A DNA stretch of 64,000 nt, from the IMG/VR virus record IMGVR_UViG_3300021400_000046, positions 1-64,000 of that record. One strand, given 5' to 3'. Both the position numbers and the translations under genes were made by a program. Source of the stretch: a virus. Taxonomy: Duplodnaviria; Caudoviricetes. The number at the start of each line of letters is the position of its first letter. Positions within the stretch are counted from its first letter, which is position 1. The notes beneath the pieces are model-generated. The model made no database searches. It saw only the letters and a list, made by a program, of their open reading frames with translations, and was not told the DNA's origin. Below are positions 25,440-35,985 of this stretch, in pieces.

Positions 25440-27261
25440 TCTTCCTCAAAAAAGGGTGAATAACTCCGATGCTGATGAAATGCAGAAAGTGTTATATAAG
25501 AATTTCCCATCTACACACTTTCTAAGTTCTCCTGTAAATTGTGACCATTTTCTGAGATGGAACACCTTTTTTAGAAGGAACTTTAATAGATTTGCGACGG
25601 ATTATCTTGGAATATCATTATATGAGTATCAGGCTTTAGCACTATACGAAATGGGAATTAATAACATGATTGTTATTGTAGCTTCTCGTGCTGCTGCTAA
25701 ATCTTTTATTATTGCGCTTTATGCCTGTATTCGTTGTATTTTATATCCTAATACAAAGATATTGTTAAGCTCTGCAACAAAGGGGCAAAGTGAACTTATT
25801 ATTACAGAAAAAATTAAAAACGAGCTTATGCAATGGTCGCCAATGCTTGCTCGTGAGATCGAAAGTATTAAAGACAATCAAAACAAAACGATTGTTAAAT
25901 TCAGAAACCAAAGCAAGATTACTGTTGTTGTTGCGAATGACAATGCCCGTGGTAATCGTTCAAACTGTATTGTACGCGAAGAATTTAGACAGATCGCAAA
26001 GAATATTGATGATAGTGTTCTTTCGCCATGTCAGATTTTGCGTCAGGCTCAATACATGAACAGTGATTTCTATAAAGATATGAAAGAGCTGAAGGAGGAG
26101 CCTGTTGATATATATATTAGTTCAAGTTGGTTTGATAATGGTAACTGGATGTGGAAAATCGTTGATAACGCTTATGACCAAATGCTTGAAGGAAAACCGT
26201 CTTGCCTCCTTGCGTTTGACGAGGCAGTTGTCTTAAAACATGGAATTAAATCCATGAAACAGTTAGTCGGTGAAAAGCGAAAGCAAGACCCGATTACCTG
26301 GCAATTAGAATTTTTGAATTGCAGGCTGAAGGAAAATCAGTCTGCTTTTTTCACATACTCCATGCTCCAACAAAATCAACGCTTGATACACCCGTTCTAT
26401 CCGAGAACTATTGTAGATTTCAAATCCGGTAAGAAAAATCCGTATGATATACCAAAACAACGCGGAGAGATTCGGATTGTAACTTGCGATATGGCTTTTG
26501 TTACAAATAAGAACAACGATAACTCCATCTTTTCATGTATGAGGTTATTACCGGAATCAACCGTGTACCGAAATGGCGGCTCAGATGGTGTAACCATAGA
26601 CACAGGTTATCGAAGGGTTTTGTCTTATATTGAGTCAATCCAAGGTGGAGACGTAACAAAACAAGCAATTCGTATAAGACAATTATTTGAGGATTTTGGC
26701 GCTGACTATATCGTGCTTGACTTACGCAATGCTGGTGTTGCTATTTTTGATCTTCTTGCAAATATTATGTACGATGAAGAACGCGGTATAGAGTATTCCC
26801 CAATCACTTGCATGAATGATGATGCAATGAGAAATAGAATTAGGATTGAGGGCGCTAATCCGTGTATCTATGTTATTAATGCCACACAAAATCTAAATAG
26901 TGCTATTGCATTGGATTTTAGGCGTGTGCTTGAAGCAAAGAAAATTGATTTGCCCGTTACTCTTGATACGGCAAAAGAAGAAGCTCTATTAAAAATTAAA
27001 GAATATGTTGGAGCTGTAGATGGTGATACACAGTTTTTCTATGAGTCACCATATCTTGAAACACAAGCCCTGATAAGTGAAACGACAAGCCTTGTTTATG
27101 AAAAGAAAGAACAAACTGGTGCAATCGTTATTAAGGAACAAGGAAATAATAGAAAAGACCGATATACAAGTGTCAGTTATGGAAGCTATTTTGCAACACA
27201 GTTAGAAAAGGATTTAATCTCTAATAATGATGATTATGAATATTGTACACTTATCAATTAA
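25432..27261 (+). CDS. terminase large subunit
   Basis: Walker A variant ASRAAAKS, ARGNR, Walker B IVREE, coupling motif ISS, nuclease CDMA and KDRY. Confidence 0.88.
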   Translation: MNNLPQKRVNNSDADEMQKVLYKNFPSTHFLSSPVNCDHFLRWNTFFRRNFNRFATDYLGISLYEYQALALYEMGINNMIVIVASRAAAKSFIIALYACIRCILYPNTKILLSSATKGQSELIITEKIKNELMQWSPMLAREIESIKDNQNKTIVKFRNQSKITVVVANDNARGNRSNCIVREEFRQIAKNIDDSVLSPCQILRQAQYMNSDFYKDMKELKEEPVDIYISSSWFDNGNWMWKIVDNAYDQMLEGKPSCLLAFDEAVVLKHGIKSMKQLVGEKRKQDPITWQLEFLNCRLKENQSAFFTYSMLQQNQRLIHPFYPRTIVDFKSGKKNPYDIPKQRGEIRIVTCDMAFVTNKNNDNSIFSCMRLLPESTVYRNGGSDGVTIDTGYRRVLSYIESIQGGDVTKQAIRIRQLFEDFGADYIVLDLRNAGVAIFDLLANIMYDEERGIEYSPITCMNDDAMRNRIRIEGANPCIYVINATQNLNSAIALDFRRVLEAKKIDLPVTLDTAKEEALLKIKEYVGAVDGDTQFFYESPYLETQALISETTSLVYEKKEQTGAIVIKEQGNNRKDRYTSVSYGSYFATQLEKDLISNNDDYEYCTLIN

Positions 27262-27275
27262 GGAAGGAGGTCAAA

Positions 27276-28910
27276 ATGTCAGGTAATACAAATTATAAAA
27301 AGAATTATCAGAAACAAACGCAAGCATCCACTACCGAGAGAAATGTAATCAATGAGTTTTCATCTTATTATGCGCATTCAAATTACACTGTAAGTCAGGC
27401 TGCATCAAATTACTATTTTGGCCTCGATGTTCTTGATTTATATAGCTATGATGATTTGATGGGTTTAATCAAAGACCCAATGACTAATAATAAATTATTA
27501 CGTGATTTATCTTTAACTCTGTACGGAACAAATGGCACTTATACACATACTGTTGATTATATGGTAGCAATGCCGATTTTGGATCGCGTTACTGTTCTTC
27601 ATGGTAAAAGCACACCAAAGAAGAAAAAGAATAAGGAACTTATGGAGGCCACATTAAAAACAATCCGCGATAAAGAGTTTGTTCGTGATGCTCTTTGGCG
27701 CGGCATGGTTGAAGGTGTTGCCTTTTATTATTTTGAAACAACTGGTAAACCAAAAACATTAGAGAAATATATGAATGATTTTGATGTTGAAAGTATTGTC
27801 GAAATCAATGAAGTTAATGTAAATGCGAGCATTATTTCGCTGCCAGCAGACTACACAAAGATTGTTGGCCGCAAAAATAATTCTTATGTTATCGCTTTTA
27901 ATCTTGATTATTTTAAGGATTTCTCTGGCGAACCTGTTGAACGTAAACTTAAAAAGTTCCCTGCTGAAATTAGAGAGGCATATAAGAACCATATTGGTGC
28001 AATTGAAAAGAATAAAGGTAATTGGGTTGTTCTCGATAATAACAAAACCATTGTTCATAAAGTTAGAAGCAAAATAAGTGAACCGTGGGGTAGACCACTT
28101 GTTCTCGCTGCGATTAACGATATTCTGTATGATAATTACTTCACGGCCACAAAACGAAATGTGCTTGGCGAGATAAATAATAAAGTCATTTATCAGACTT
28201 TGCCAGAAGGCAGAGATAAGGGAACTTGTGCGCTGACCAAGGCACAGCAAAAAGAACAGCATGATACTGTGAAAAGTGCAGTTATGAAAAAGAATAATCG
28301 TGGCGGTACGTCTTTCTTTACTGTTTCTGCCGGTACGAAATTGAATACTTTGGATGTTGGAAATTCTGATATTTTCGATTCAAAGTATGAATCTAATCTT
28401 GGTGATAAGATTGCTCTTGGGTGTGGTATTGCTGGTGCGCTGATTAATGGCGTTGGCAGTGGTAGTTACTCTGCACAACAACAAAACCTTGAATTGATTA
28501 CTGGTTTGATTTTTCAATGGATCGACCAAATCTCTACTGAATTAAATAAGTGCATTTCAAAAAATATTATCGGTGATGGTTCCAATTGGGCTGAGTTCAA
28601 ATATCTGCGTACAACTTTTGTGAACAGAAGTGAAATGGTTAATAATGCTAAAGACCTGTATTTGCAAGGAAAGGGATCGTTGTCTTTGTGGGCAAGTGCT
28701 TGTGGTATTTCGCCCGATGTGTTCTTTGCTCTACTGGATCAAGAATTGGAAGAAGATATTGAGAACAAATACCCAATTCATGCTACAAGTTATACGTTGT
28801 CAAATAGTGATAAGAAAAGTGGTAGACCAGAAACAGATAATCCATCTGATCGGACGGTTCAATCGAGAGCCAACAATGGGAATAGCTTACCGTCGCCGTC
28901 AGACAAGTAA
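27276..28910 (+). CDS. portal protein
   Basis: About 544 aa directly after terminase; EPWGRP; acidic GRP tail; start ATG 27276. Confidence 0.8.
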   Translation: MSGNTNYKKNYQKQTQASTTERNVINEFSSYYAHSNYTVSQAASNYYFGLDVLDLYSYDDLMGLIKDPMTNNKLLRDLSLTLYGTNGTYTHTVDYMVAMPILDRVTVLHGKSTPKKKKNKELMEATLKTIRDKEFVRDALWRGMVEGVAFYYFETTGKPKTLEKYMNDFDVESIVEINEVNVNASIISLPADYTKIVGRKNNSYVIAFNLDYFKDFSGEPVERKLKKFPAEIREAYKNHIGAIEKNKGNWVVLDNNKTIVHKVRSKISEPWGRPLVLAAINDILYDNYFTATKRNVLGEINNKVIYQTLPEGRDKGTCALTKAQQKEQHDTVKSAVMKKNNRGGTSFFTVSAGTKLNTLDVGNSDIFDSKYESNLGDKIALGCGIAGALINGVGSGSYSAQQQNLELITGLIFQWIDQISTELNKCISKNIIGDGSNWAEFKYLRTTFVNRSEMVNNAKDLYLQGKGSLSLWASACGISPDVFFALLDQELEEDIENKYPIHATSYTLSNSDKKSGRPETDNPSDRTVQSRANNGNSLPSPSDK

Positions 28911-28915
28911 TTTTA

Positions 28916-28939
28916 CCAGCCAATAACGGCTGGCTTTTT
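28916..28939 (+). terminator. intrinsic terminator
   Basis: CCAGCC-AATAAC-GGCTGG followed by T-run. Confidence 0.7.
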
Positions 28940-29005
28940 GTTTGGTAAAAAGATTTTTAGAATCTTTTTATATATGCAATTTGTGCGAAAGGTGGTGAGT
29001 GAGGA

Positions 29006-30214
29006 ATGAAAACATTTGAGATTTTTAGTGAAAATAAGAAAAGCGGAAAAAATGGTCGGCGTAAATTCAAGGTTATTTTATATAAGATTCAGCCAAACGA
29101 TTGCATTGATGAAGCAAATGGTGTCGGCAAAGAATATAACTTGAATGGCATTACATGGATTGAAGAATATTGTCAACAAGCAATCGAAAGCATTAAAGGT
29201 ATGTTCCTTCGTGTGGAATTTTTAGACGAGGAACGGACTGAATTATGTGGACATGGTTTGACCGACATTATTGATGGAGTGCCTATTTTTGAAAACGCGA
29301 CTTCAATCGGCGTATTTACTGATGGTTACATTGACGAAATAACTGATGAAAATGGCGAGAAGATTAAAGTCTGTATCGGCGTTGGAGAAATAGATAGTAG
29401 TTGTTATCACAATTTCTGTGAAAAACTGGATGATGATATTGCAAATGGGATTTATCCGCAAGGAAGCGTAGAAATTATGAAGTTACCTGATGCAGAAGGC
29501 ATTGAGTACAAATACGGCTACAAAGATAAAGGAAGAATCCCAACTAAATTCATTCACTCCGGCTATGCGCTTTTAGGTGTTAGACCGAGCGATAGCACCG
29601 CTAAATTGCTGGAACTAAATGAACACAAGGAGGAATTTAACATAATGACCGAAGAAGTCAAAACTCTAATTGAGCAGACTGTTGAGGCTTATACAAATCA
29701 CGTTGCTGAGATCAATCAGTGCAAGGCCGAATGCGAAGCTAAGATTGCTGAGTTAAACCAGACTGTTGAAAACTTGACAAATGAGATTAACGAATTAAAT
29801 GCGAGTTCTGCTCAGATTCAAGCTGCTCTGGATGAAAACAGAGCGGAGCGCGAAGGACTTGATAAGAAATATCAGGAACTTTGGGAGGAGGCCGAAGCTC
29901 TGCGCAAGGCTCTTGGTGAAGCCAAGGCAAAGGAGCGGATTGGCGAATTGAATGCCGCTATTGCTGAGTATTCAGATGAAGAACGTGCTTATGCCCAGGC
30001 TGAGATTGATGCTTTTAATGCTGATCCTGTTGCTTCTGAGATCAACACTGTTGTTGACAAAATTTTGATTGGCATTGGTAAGAAAGCCCGTGAAGTGGCT
30101 GCCAACGAAGCCGCTGCCGTTGTTGCCGAACAAAATGCGGCCAATGAGAGTGCAGAAGATATTTTTGGCGCTATTGAAACTGCTCCCGTTGTGGAAGATA
30201 CAAACATCTTTTAA
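29006..30214 (+). CDS. prohead protease-scaffold fusion
   Basis: N-terminal domain with GHG, GSVEI, GYALLG; C-terminal long acidic coiled coil; internal RBS and ATG at 29645. Confidence 0.7.
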   Translation: MKTFEIFSENKKSGKNGRRKFKVILYKIQPNDCIDEANGVGKEYNLNGITWIEEYCQQAIESIKGMFLRVEFLDEERTELCGHGLTDIIDGVPIFENATSIGVFTDGYIDEITDENGEKIKVCIGVGEIDSSCYHNFCEKLDDDIANGIYPQGSVEIMKLPDAEGIEYKYGYKDKGRIPTKFIHSGYALLGVRPSDSTAKLLELNEHKEEFNIMTEEVKTLIEQTVEAYTNHVAEINQCKAECEAKIAELNQTVENLTNEINELNASSAQIQAALDENRAEREGLDKKYQELWEEAEALRKALGEAKAKERIGELNAAIAEYSDEERAYAQAEIDAFNADPVASEINTVVDKILIGIGKKAREVAANEAAAVVAEQNAANESAEDIFGAIETAPVVEDTNIF

Positions 30215-30245
30215 TAAAAATAATATTTAGAAAGGAAATACGAAA

Positions 30246-31959
30246 ATGATTATTTGCACAATTTCAAATTGTGCATAGATAGTCCACCACATTATGAAAA
30301 TGTGTGGTGCAACCCTTTGAATTGCTGGGACACCCTTAGAGCTTTTCAGCTACAACATAACAATGAAAAATGTGTAAGTGTGAACGCATGAAAATGAAAA
30401 GATTGGGCAATCAGCAGCGAAGCTCCGAATAGGAGAACGTTCAACGACTATCGGCTGAAATGCCGTTAGGTAACAAGCGTTACCGAAGTGGAGGGCATCT
30501 AAACCATTTTTATGGCATGATGAAGATATAGTCTGGACTCATGTGAGAGCATGAGAAGTCTGTTGACTTGCACGGAGTAGCGAACCGTATTGTTTGTTTG
30601 TTTGTTTGGTAAAAGTGGGTGAAAAATATTAAAAAGAAAACACATGAGCAATTTCTAATTGAAATGTCTCAAAACCATCCAACTTTGATTGTATTAGATA
30701 AATATAAAAATGGTAGGACAAAAGTTAATTTAGAATGTTCTGTTTGTGGTTATCGTTTTGGCGCAACTCCTGGAAGTTTGTATATGAAGCATGGTTGTCC
30801 TAAATGTTCTGGTTCATTAAAGAAATCTACAAGTGAGTTTATTGAGGAATTGAGAATTGTTAATGATTCAATTACTGTTCTTGGCAATTACAAAAACAGC
30901 AAAACGGAAATAATGGTTTCTTGTAATAAATGTGGACACAAATGGGGCGCAACTCCAAATTCGTTGTTGAGCGGAAAAGGCTGTAGAGTGTGTGCAGGAA
31001 CAATGCCAAAAAGCCACGAACAGTTTATTACTGAGATGAAACAAAAACACCCAACGGTTAATGTTATTGGTAATTACATAAACAATCGTGAAAAAGTTGA
31101 ATGTAAATGTATGGTATGTGGCAAAACCTTTTATGGTATTCCACACGCAATGATAGACATGAACCATGATTGCCCATATTGTTCTATGTCGCAAGGAGAA
31201 CGTGCGATTAGTAATTGGCTTGATAATAATGGTTTTGTTTATTGCCAAGAGTATAGATTTACAGATTGTAAAGACATTAACCAATTACCATTTGATTTTT
31301 ATATTCCGTCTATTAACACAGTTATTGAGTATGATGGTGTTCAGCATTTTAAGGTAAATCAGTTTTTTGGTGGTAAGAAAGCATTTGATAAGCTGAAAAT
31401 CCATGACAAAATAAAAGATAATTATTGTTCTAAGAATGGGATTAACATTCTTAGGATTTCTTTTTATGACTACAAAAATATAAATGAAATATTAACAAAC
31501 AAACTAACAAATTGACAAACACATCGTAAAGTTGAAACTATCGGAATGCTGGATCGTGAAGTTCTGAATCCGGTTCTCACTTCTGATTCCGCTGTTGCTA
31601 ATTATTCTTTCCTTACCGTTGACGGTAAGCTGTATCTGATTGCCAATACTCTTGTTGGTGACGATTCTTACAAGGACGATTATACCATCCCCGCTGGTGA
31701 GTACCTGAACGGCCATCTGGTTGAGGCTTGGAAGGGTCAGAAACTTGTTATTGATGCGAAGCACATCACTTTCGGTCAGAGTGAGACTTATGCTAATTCT
31801 ATTACTGCTGGTACTACTTTGCTGAAGGTTGATTCTAATAACAAACTCGTGATTACCTCTACTGCTCCTACTTCTGGTGTGTATTTCAAGGTTACTGACA
31901 AATGCACTCTGACGGGTCAGGCTGTTAAGGCCGAAGTCCTTGTCGTTGATGCGGCCTAA
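30246..31959 (+). CDS. putative head decoration protein, spliced: join(30246..30250,31527..31959), 145 aa
   Basis: AGAAAGGA RBS; ATG AT|T AAA GTT GAA ACT ATC GGA ATG gives MIKVETIGMLDREVLNP...; lies between scaffold and major capsid; high-expression codon bias. Confidence 0.8.
30251..31526 (+). mobile_element. group I intron (IA-like)
   Basis: P AATTGCTGGGA, Q AATCAGCAGC, R TTCAACGACTA, S AAGATATAGTCT; P1 GAU|UAU pairs with AUAGUC with a U.G pair at the splice site; terminal G at 31526. Confidence 0.92.
30619..31515 (+). CDS. intron-encoded homing endonuclease (zinc-finger repeats + Vsr-like/EDxHD-type nuclease)
   Basis: Three KS/THEQF...CxxC..GCxxC repeats; C-terminal PFDFY...IEYDGVQH...D..K...C. 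Confidence 0.85.
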   Translation: MKNIKKKTHEQFLIEMSQNHPTLIVLDKYKNGRTKVNLECSVCGYRFGATPGSLYMKHGCPKCSGSLKKSTSEFIEELRIVNDSITVLGNYKNSKTEIMVSCNKCGHKWGATPNSLLSGKGCRVCAGTMPKSHEQFITEMKQKHPTVNVIGNYINNREKVECKCMVCGKTFYGIPHAMIDMNHDCPYCSMSQGERAISNWLDNNGFVYCQEYRFTDCKDINQLPFDFYIPSINTVIEYDGVQHFKVNQFFGGKKAFDKLKIHDKIKDNYCSKNGINILRISFYDYKNINEILTNKLTN

Positions 31960-31996
31960 TAGCATTAATTAACTTTATAGAAAGGAAACGAAAATA

Positions 31997-33118
31997 ATGA
32001 ATACTACATACGAACTGAACAATATTCGTAAGGACGCTGATCTGTTCGACGGTAAGTTTAACAAAACTTCCCCCGTTGTTGAAGTGTTCGCTGCTATGAC
32101 CAATGGTGAGTCCCTTAACCGTTTTGGTGCGAAGGCCGACAAGGCTGTGGCGTATATCAAGGAGCTTGGCTCTCGCGCTGATAATGGCGATCCCGTTGCC
32201 GTTGCCGAACTGAATACCATTCGTCGGTTTGTGATTGAAACTCCTATCCTGGAAGAAATGAAGCTGCTTGGTATTTTCGGTTCTTACCAGAATGTTGGTT
32301 ATGATGAAAGCATTGAGCGCGAGATTTATACTCATGTTGGTGAAATGTCTCGTGAGCAGGCTGCTGGTGGCGACGTTGTGTTCCCTGCCATCACTAAGGA
32401 AACCTATCCTGTTGGTACTACTACCGTCTCTGGCGGTTATGCCGTTGATTATCGTCGGGTTGCGCTTGGCGATATGAGCAAGGAAAACGAAGGTCTTGCT
32501 ATGGTTAAGACTGACATCCGCAATAAGGCTGTTCTATACGTTATTAACAAGGTTTATAACGCGATTAAGAACGCTACTGGTGTTAAGTATCAGGCTGAGT
32601 TTGCTGGTCTAACTAAGGCCGGTGTCGATGCTATTCTGAACGCTGTGCGCAGAAACGGTAAGCCTACTGTTGTTGCTGATTATGCTATCCTGTCTCAGTT
32701 TACCCCGTGGGCTGGCTACAAGGGTTCTATTGACAACACTACTATTACCGGTATGTCTCAGAAGGTTATGGACGAGCTGGCTGCTAATGGCGCTCTGTCT
32801 ATGTACAATGGCGCTGTCTTGGCCGAGCTGCCGAATCCTTACAACGAGTATGATATGAGCGGTTCCTGGACTCCTGATGGCGGCACTACCACTCTGCCTA
32901 ACTTCAAGACCCTGCTTCCTGCCGGTCTGGCTTTTGTTGTCCCTGCTGGCGTTAAGTCTCCTATCGCTACCTGGACTCGTGGTGGTCTGACTTCTGTGAC
33001 CGGTACTAACGTTAAGAACGGTAAGTATGAGACTCGCTTCGACCTCGAAGTTGCCGCTGATGTGGCGAAGGGTCAGGAGCATCGTATTGGTTGCTTCAAG
33101 GACACCAATATCGGCTAA
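31997..33118 (+). CDS. major capsid protein
   Basis: 373 aa, strongest codon bias, position after scaffold and decoration genes. Confidence 0.8.
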   Translation: MNTTYELNNIRKDADLFDGKFNKTSPVVEVFAAMTNGESLNRFGAKADKAVAYIKELGSRADNGDPVAVAELNTIRRFVIETPILEEMKLLGIFGSYQNVGYDESIEREIYTHVGEMSREQAAGGDVVFPAITKETYPVGTTTVSGGYAVDYRRVALGDMSKENEGLAMVKTDIRNKAVLYVINKVYNAIKNATGVKYQAEFAGLTKAGVDAILNAVRRNGKPTVVADYAILSQFTPWAGYKGSIDNTTITGMSQKVMDELAANGALSMYNGAVLAELPNPYNEYDMSGSWTPDGGTTTLPNFKTLLPAGLAFVVPAGVKSPIATWTRGGLTSVTGTNVKNGKYETRFDLEVAADVAKGQEHRIGCFKDTNIG

Positions 33119-33168
33119 TTCAATAATAGAGTTTGCAAATAGTTATTTGTATCTTTATTGACATAAAT

Positions 33169-33192
33169 GGGACACCGTATTAACGGTGTCCC
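33169..33192 (+). terminator. hairpin or terminator after major capsid gene
   Basis: GGGACACCGT-ATTA-ACGGTGTCCC. Confidence 0.65.
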
Positions 33193-33220
33193 TATCTATA
33201 AATAACGCAGGAGAAATCAA

Positions 33221-33409
33221 ATGGAAGATAATGTAAATTTTTATTGCTATTCCTTGCGGCTTTTTCATTTCTTATCGGCATTTTCTGAAAAGTGCTATAT
33301 CTCAAAGGTAAACACAAAGAGCGGAAATCGTTATTGGGTGTTCCGCAAGTCAGAACGGCTCGATAAGATTATTAAGTTATATAATGAAGTAAAGCACAAA
33401 ATTAGTTGA
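33221..33409 (+). CDS. small hypothetical protein
   Basis: FYCYS..L..FL...YWVF; AGGAG RBS. Confidence 0.65.
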   Translation: MEDNVNFYCYSLRLFHFLSAFSEKCYISKVNTKSGNRYWVFRKSERLDKIIKLYNEVKHKIS

Positions 33410-33447
33410 AATCAGACAAAGATAATTGAAACGAGGTATTGATATAT

Positions 33448-33963
33448 ATGGCAGAAAAGACTACTGCAAAAGCAAAAACTGAAACTGCAAAAGAAGAATA
33501 TGATCTTGACAATCTAAATCTTGATGCGAAAGTTACCGTTAAAAACCTTGCTGGGTGGACTGTATGTTTTACAAGAATCCATGATGGTATTGGTGATGTT
33601 AATATTGCGCCGAACGGAAAACAGCGGTTATCAAGAAATGAAGTCCAAGCACAGGTACTTAATAACAATCGTTTGTTCGCCGGTACAGATGGGCAAGGAA
33701 GCCATGCGACCATTTATGTTGAAGATGCTGCGACCCGCAGGCTATTAGGCTTCGAGGAAGATGGGCGCGAACAGGTTATCTTTACGGATGAAACCGCAAA
33801 GAAATTGTTTAATATGAGTAATGCTGCCTATGAAAACGCACTTCCAGAGTTGGTAAAAACCGATGCAGAGCGAAATGCGTTAATGGATGCAATTCGTAGG
33901 CTTGGACTAAATGATTATAGAAAGATCGTTTTTGCAGAGAAATATACTGGTTATAGATTTTAA
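33448..33963 (+). CDS. hypothetical morphogenesis protein
   Basis: GAGG RBS; position in head-tail module. Confidence 0.65.
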   Translation: MAEKTTAKAKTETAKEEYDLDNLNLDAKVTVKNLAGWTVCFTRIHDGIGDVNIAPNGKQRLSRNEVQAQVLNNNRLFAGTDGQGSHATIYVEDAATRRLLGFEEDGREQVIFTDETAKKLFNMSNAAYENALPELVKTDAERNALMDAIRRLGLNDYRKIVFAEKYTGYRF

Positions 33964-33987
33964 TATAAAATAAAGGCGGTGCTATAA

Positions 33988-34380
33988 ATGGCTAATACAG
34001 TAGCACAAGAAGTCTTTGATAGTTTTGAATCATCTTTTAAGGATAAGGTAGAAATCCCGCAAAGTTTAGAATTATTGTGGCTGAAAAAGGCTGTTGGTCG
34101 TTACTCTGTTGAACTTGATGAATTATCGTTTGATGGAGAAACAATGGAATTTAATACTGAACTAAATCAATATGTAATTGATACTCTTGCTGCTTTTATG
34201 AAGCAATACTATCAAGAGCGTGAGGTTTCAAGAGTGAATAAGCAAATTTCTATTGTTGGGCATGATCTTAGCATTGATGGAGCTGGTCATACAAAAACAG
34301 CCGCAAAGAATGAACTTGATTATTGTGATACTCAAAGCAATTTGATGGTTTCAAATCAAAAGCCTACCGCTTATTCGTAA
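33988..34380 (+). CDS. putative head-tail adaptor
   Basis: 130-aa helical protein; position. Confidence 0.55.
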   Translation: MANTVAQEVFDSFESSFKDKVEIPQSLELLWLKKAVGRYSVELDELSFDGETMEFNTELNQYVIDTLAAFMKQYYQEREVSRVNKQISIVGHDLSIDGAGHTKTAAKNELDYCDTQSNLMVSNQKPTAYS

Positions 34381-34389
34381 AGGCGGTGT

Positions 34390-35484
34390 TTGCAAATGAA
34401 AGATTGGTACTTAATGAACACTAATCACGATACAGTTAGTGGTTTTGAAAGTGATGATTTTGATAACCTTGCAAGCGACGCTTTTGAAGAAGCTATCGCT
34501 TCGTCATTAGGAATTGATGTTGAGATTTGTAACTACGACTTGTCTGAGCGGACAAGCACACGAATAATTGTAGAGGGCAATGTTCAAGATACTAAACTAA
34601 ATTCTATTCAACGGAGATTACTTGCGAGAATCGGTACTTGTGAGGCCGGACAATATGTTTATTATAAAAATAGATACTGGTTAATTATTGGGCTTGTGGA
34701 TGACAACGGTTTATATGAAAAAGGTGTTATGATTGTTTGTAACCACCTTTTAACTTGGGAAAACCAATATGGAGATATAATCCAGCGTTGGGTTTCTGTA
34801 TCATCTGCATCACAGTACAACAATGGTGAAACCACTTCCGGCAGAGAAGCGGAAATGACATACCGCAGCGATCAGCTTATGGTACTTACTCCATGTGATG
34901 ATGAAAGTATTTTAATCCCACATGGTAAGCGTTTTATCATTGATCTTAGATGTAAAATATATGAAAGAAATTTTGATGATGGTACTAAGGTTGATACATC
35001 AAAAGAGGTTTTGACATATCGAGTTACACGCCTTGATAATATCTTATATAACTATGAAGATAGTGGTCATGCTGAGTTTATGGCTTATCAGGATGAACAG
35101 CATGAAAACGATGGCTATTATGTTATTAATGGCAAAGGTTATTGGTTGTGTGATAAACCTATAAAATTTGATGATGGCGAACAGCTTGTCGGCTCTACCG
35201 GTACTTGCGTTATTGAATGTGAAGAACCAGTTGTTTATTGTGGATTTGGCGAGTCCATTTTCTTCGCAAGATTCTTTGATGAAAATGGGAACTCTATATC
35301 TGCTAATCCTGAATGGGAAATTAAGTGCGGATATATAGACAGTTTAATGGTGGAGAACGTTGATAATTCAATTTGCATTTCTGCCGATAACACTAAATTG
35401 ATCGGTGAATCGTTTGAGTTATCGTTGCACTCTGACGGATATGAAACAACGTCTATTACTGTTAGTATAAAGGCGTTAATATAG
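34390..35484 (+). CDS. putative head-closure/neck protein with C-terminal Ig-like domain
   Basis: GQYVYY..RYWLI...VCNH.L.W; position. Confidence 0.55.
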   Translation: MQMKDWYLMNTNHDTVSGFESDDFDNLASDAFEEAIASSLGIDVEICNYDLSERTSTRIIVEGNVQDTKLNSIQRRLLARIGTCEAGQYVYYKNRYWLIIGLVDDNGLYEKGVMIVCNHLLTWENQYGDIIQRWVSVSSASQYNNGETTSGREAEMTYRSDQLMVLTPCDDESILIPHGKRFIIDLRCKIYERNFDDGTKVDTSKEVLTYRVTRLDNILYNYEDSGHAEFMAYQDEQHENDGYYVINGKGYWLCDKPIKFDDGEQLVGSTGTCVIECEEPVVYCGFGESIFFARFFDENGNSISANPEWEIKCGYIDSLMVENVDNSICISADNTKLIGESFELSLHSDGYETTSITVSIKALI

Positions 35485-35493
35485 GTGTCATAA

Positions 35494-35985
35494 ATGAAAA
35501 CGAAAACGACAAAAGAACGCGGAGACTATAAGCAAAAGATTAACGCGGCTTTTTATAAAAGCATTCCAATAAAGGATTTGCTTTTTGACGGTATTGACAT
35601 ATCCGGCATGAGCGCAAATGAATTGAGAGATCAATTCAAAAAGCACGTTAAATCTCATTTGTTTATAGATGATACTATTAAAGATACTGGGTCGTTCATT
35701 TATTATGACATTCGGATGCTTTATTTGCATGAGAATATAAAAACCTGTACGCTTGTCGTTTACGCAGTTTGTCATAGAGATATTCTTGATAATTACGAAT
35801 ACGAAGGGTATTATGGAAATCGTGCTGATATTCTTTCTGAAATGATAGAAGATTGTTTAATAAATGACGAGGAAGTAGTAAATAGTTTCGGAATTGGTAG
35901 ACTGACTCTTGACAGCGTAGATGTCTACAATTCATCCAGATTTTATGGGTGCGTTATGACATTTAACGTGCCAAATTTCAGATAA
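35494..35985 (+). CDS. putative tail terminator/completion protein
   Basis: 163 aa, position before major tail gene. Confidence 0.5.
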   Translation: MKTKTTKERGDYKQKINAAFYKSIPIKDLLFDGIDISGMSANELRDQFKKHVKSHLFIDDTIKDTGSFIYYDIRMLYLHENIKTCTLVVYAVCHRDILDNYEYEGYYGNRADILSEMIEDCLINDEEVVNSFGIGRLTLDSVDVYNSSRFYGCVMTFNVPNFR

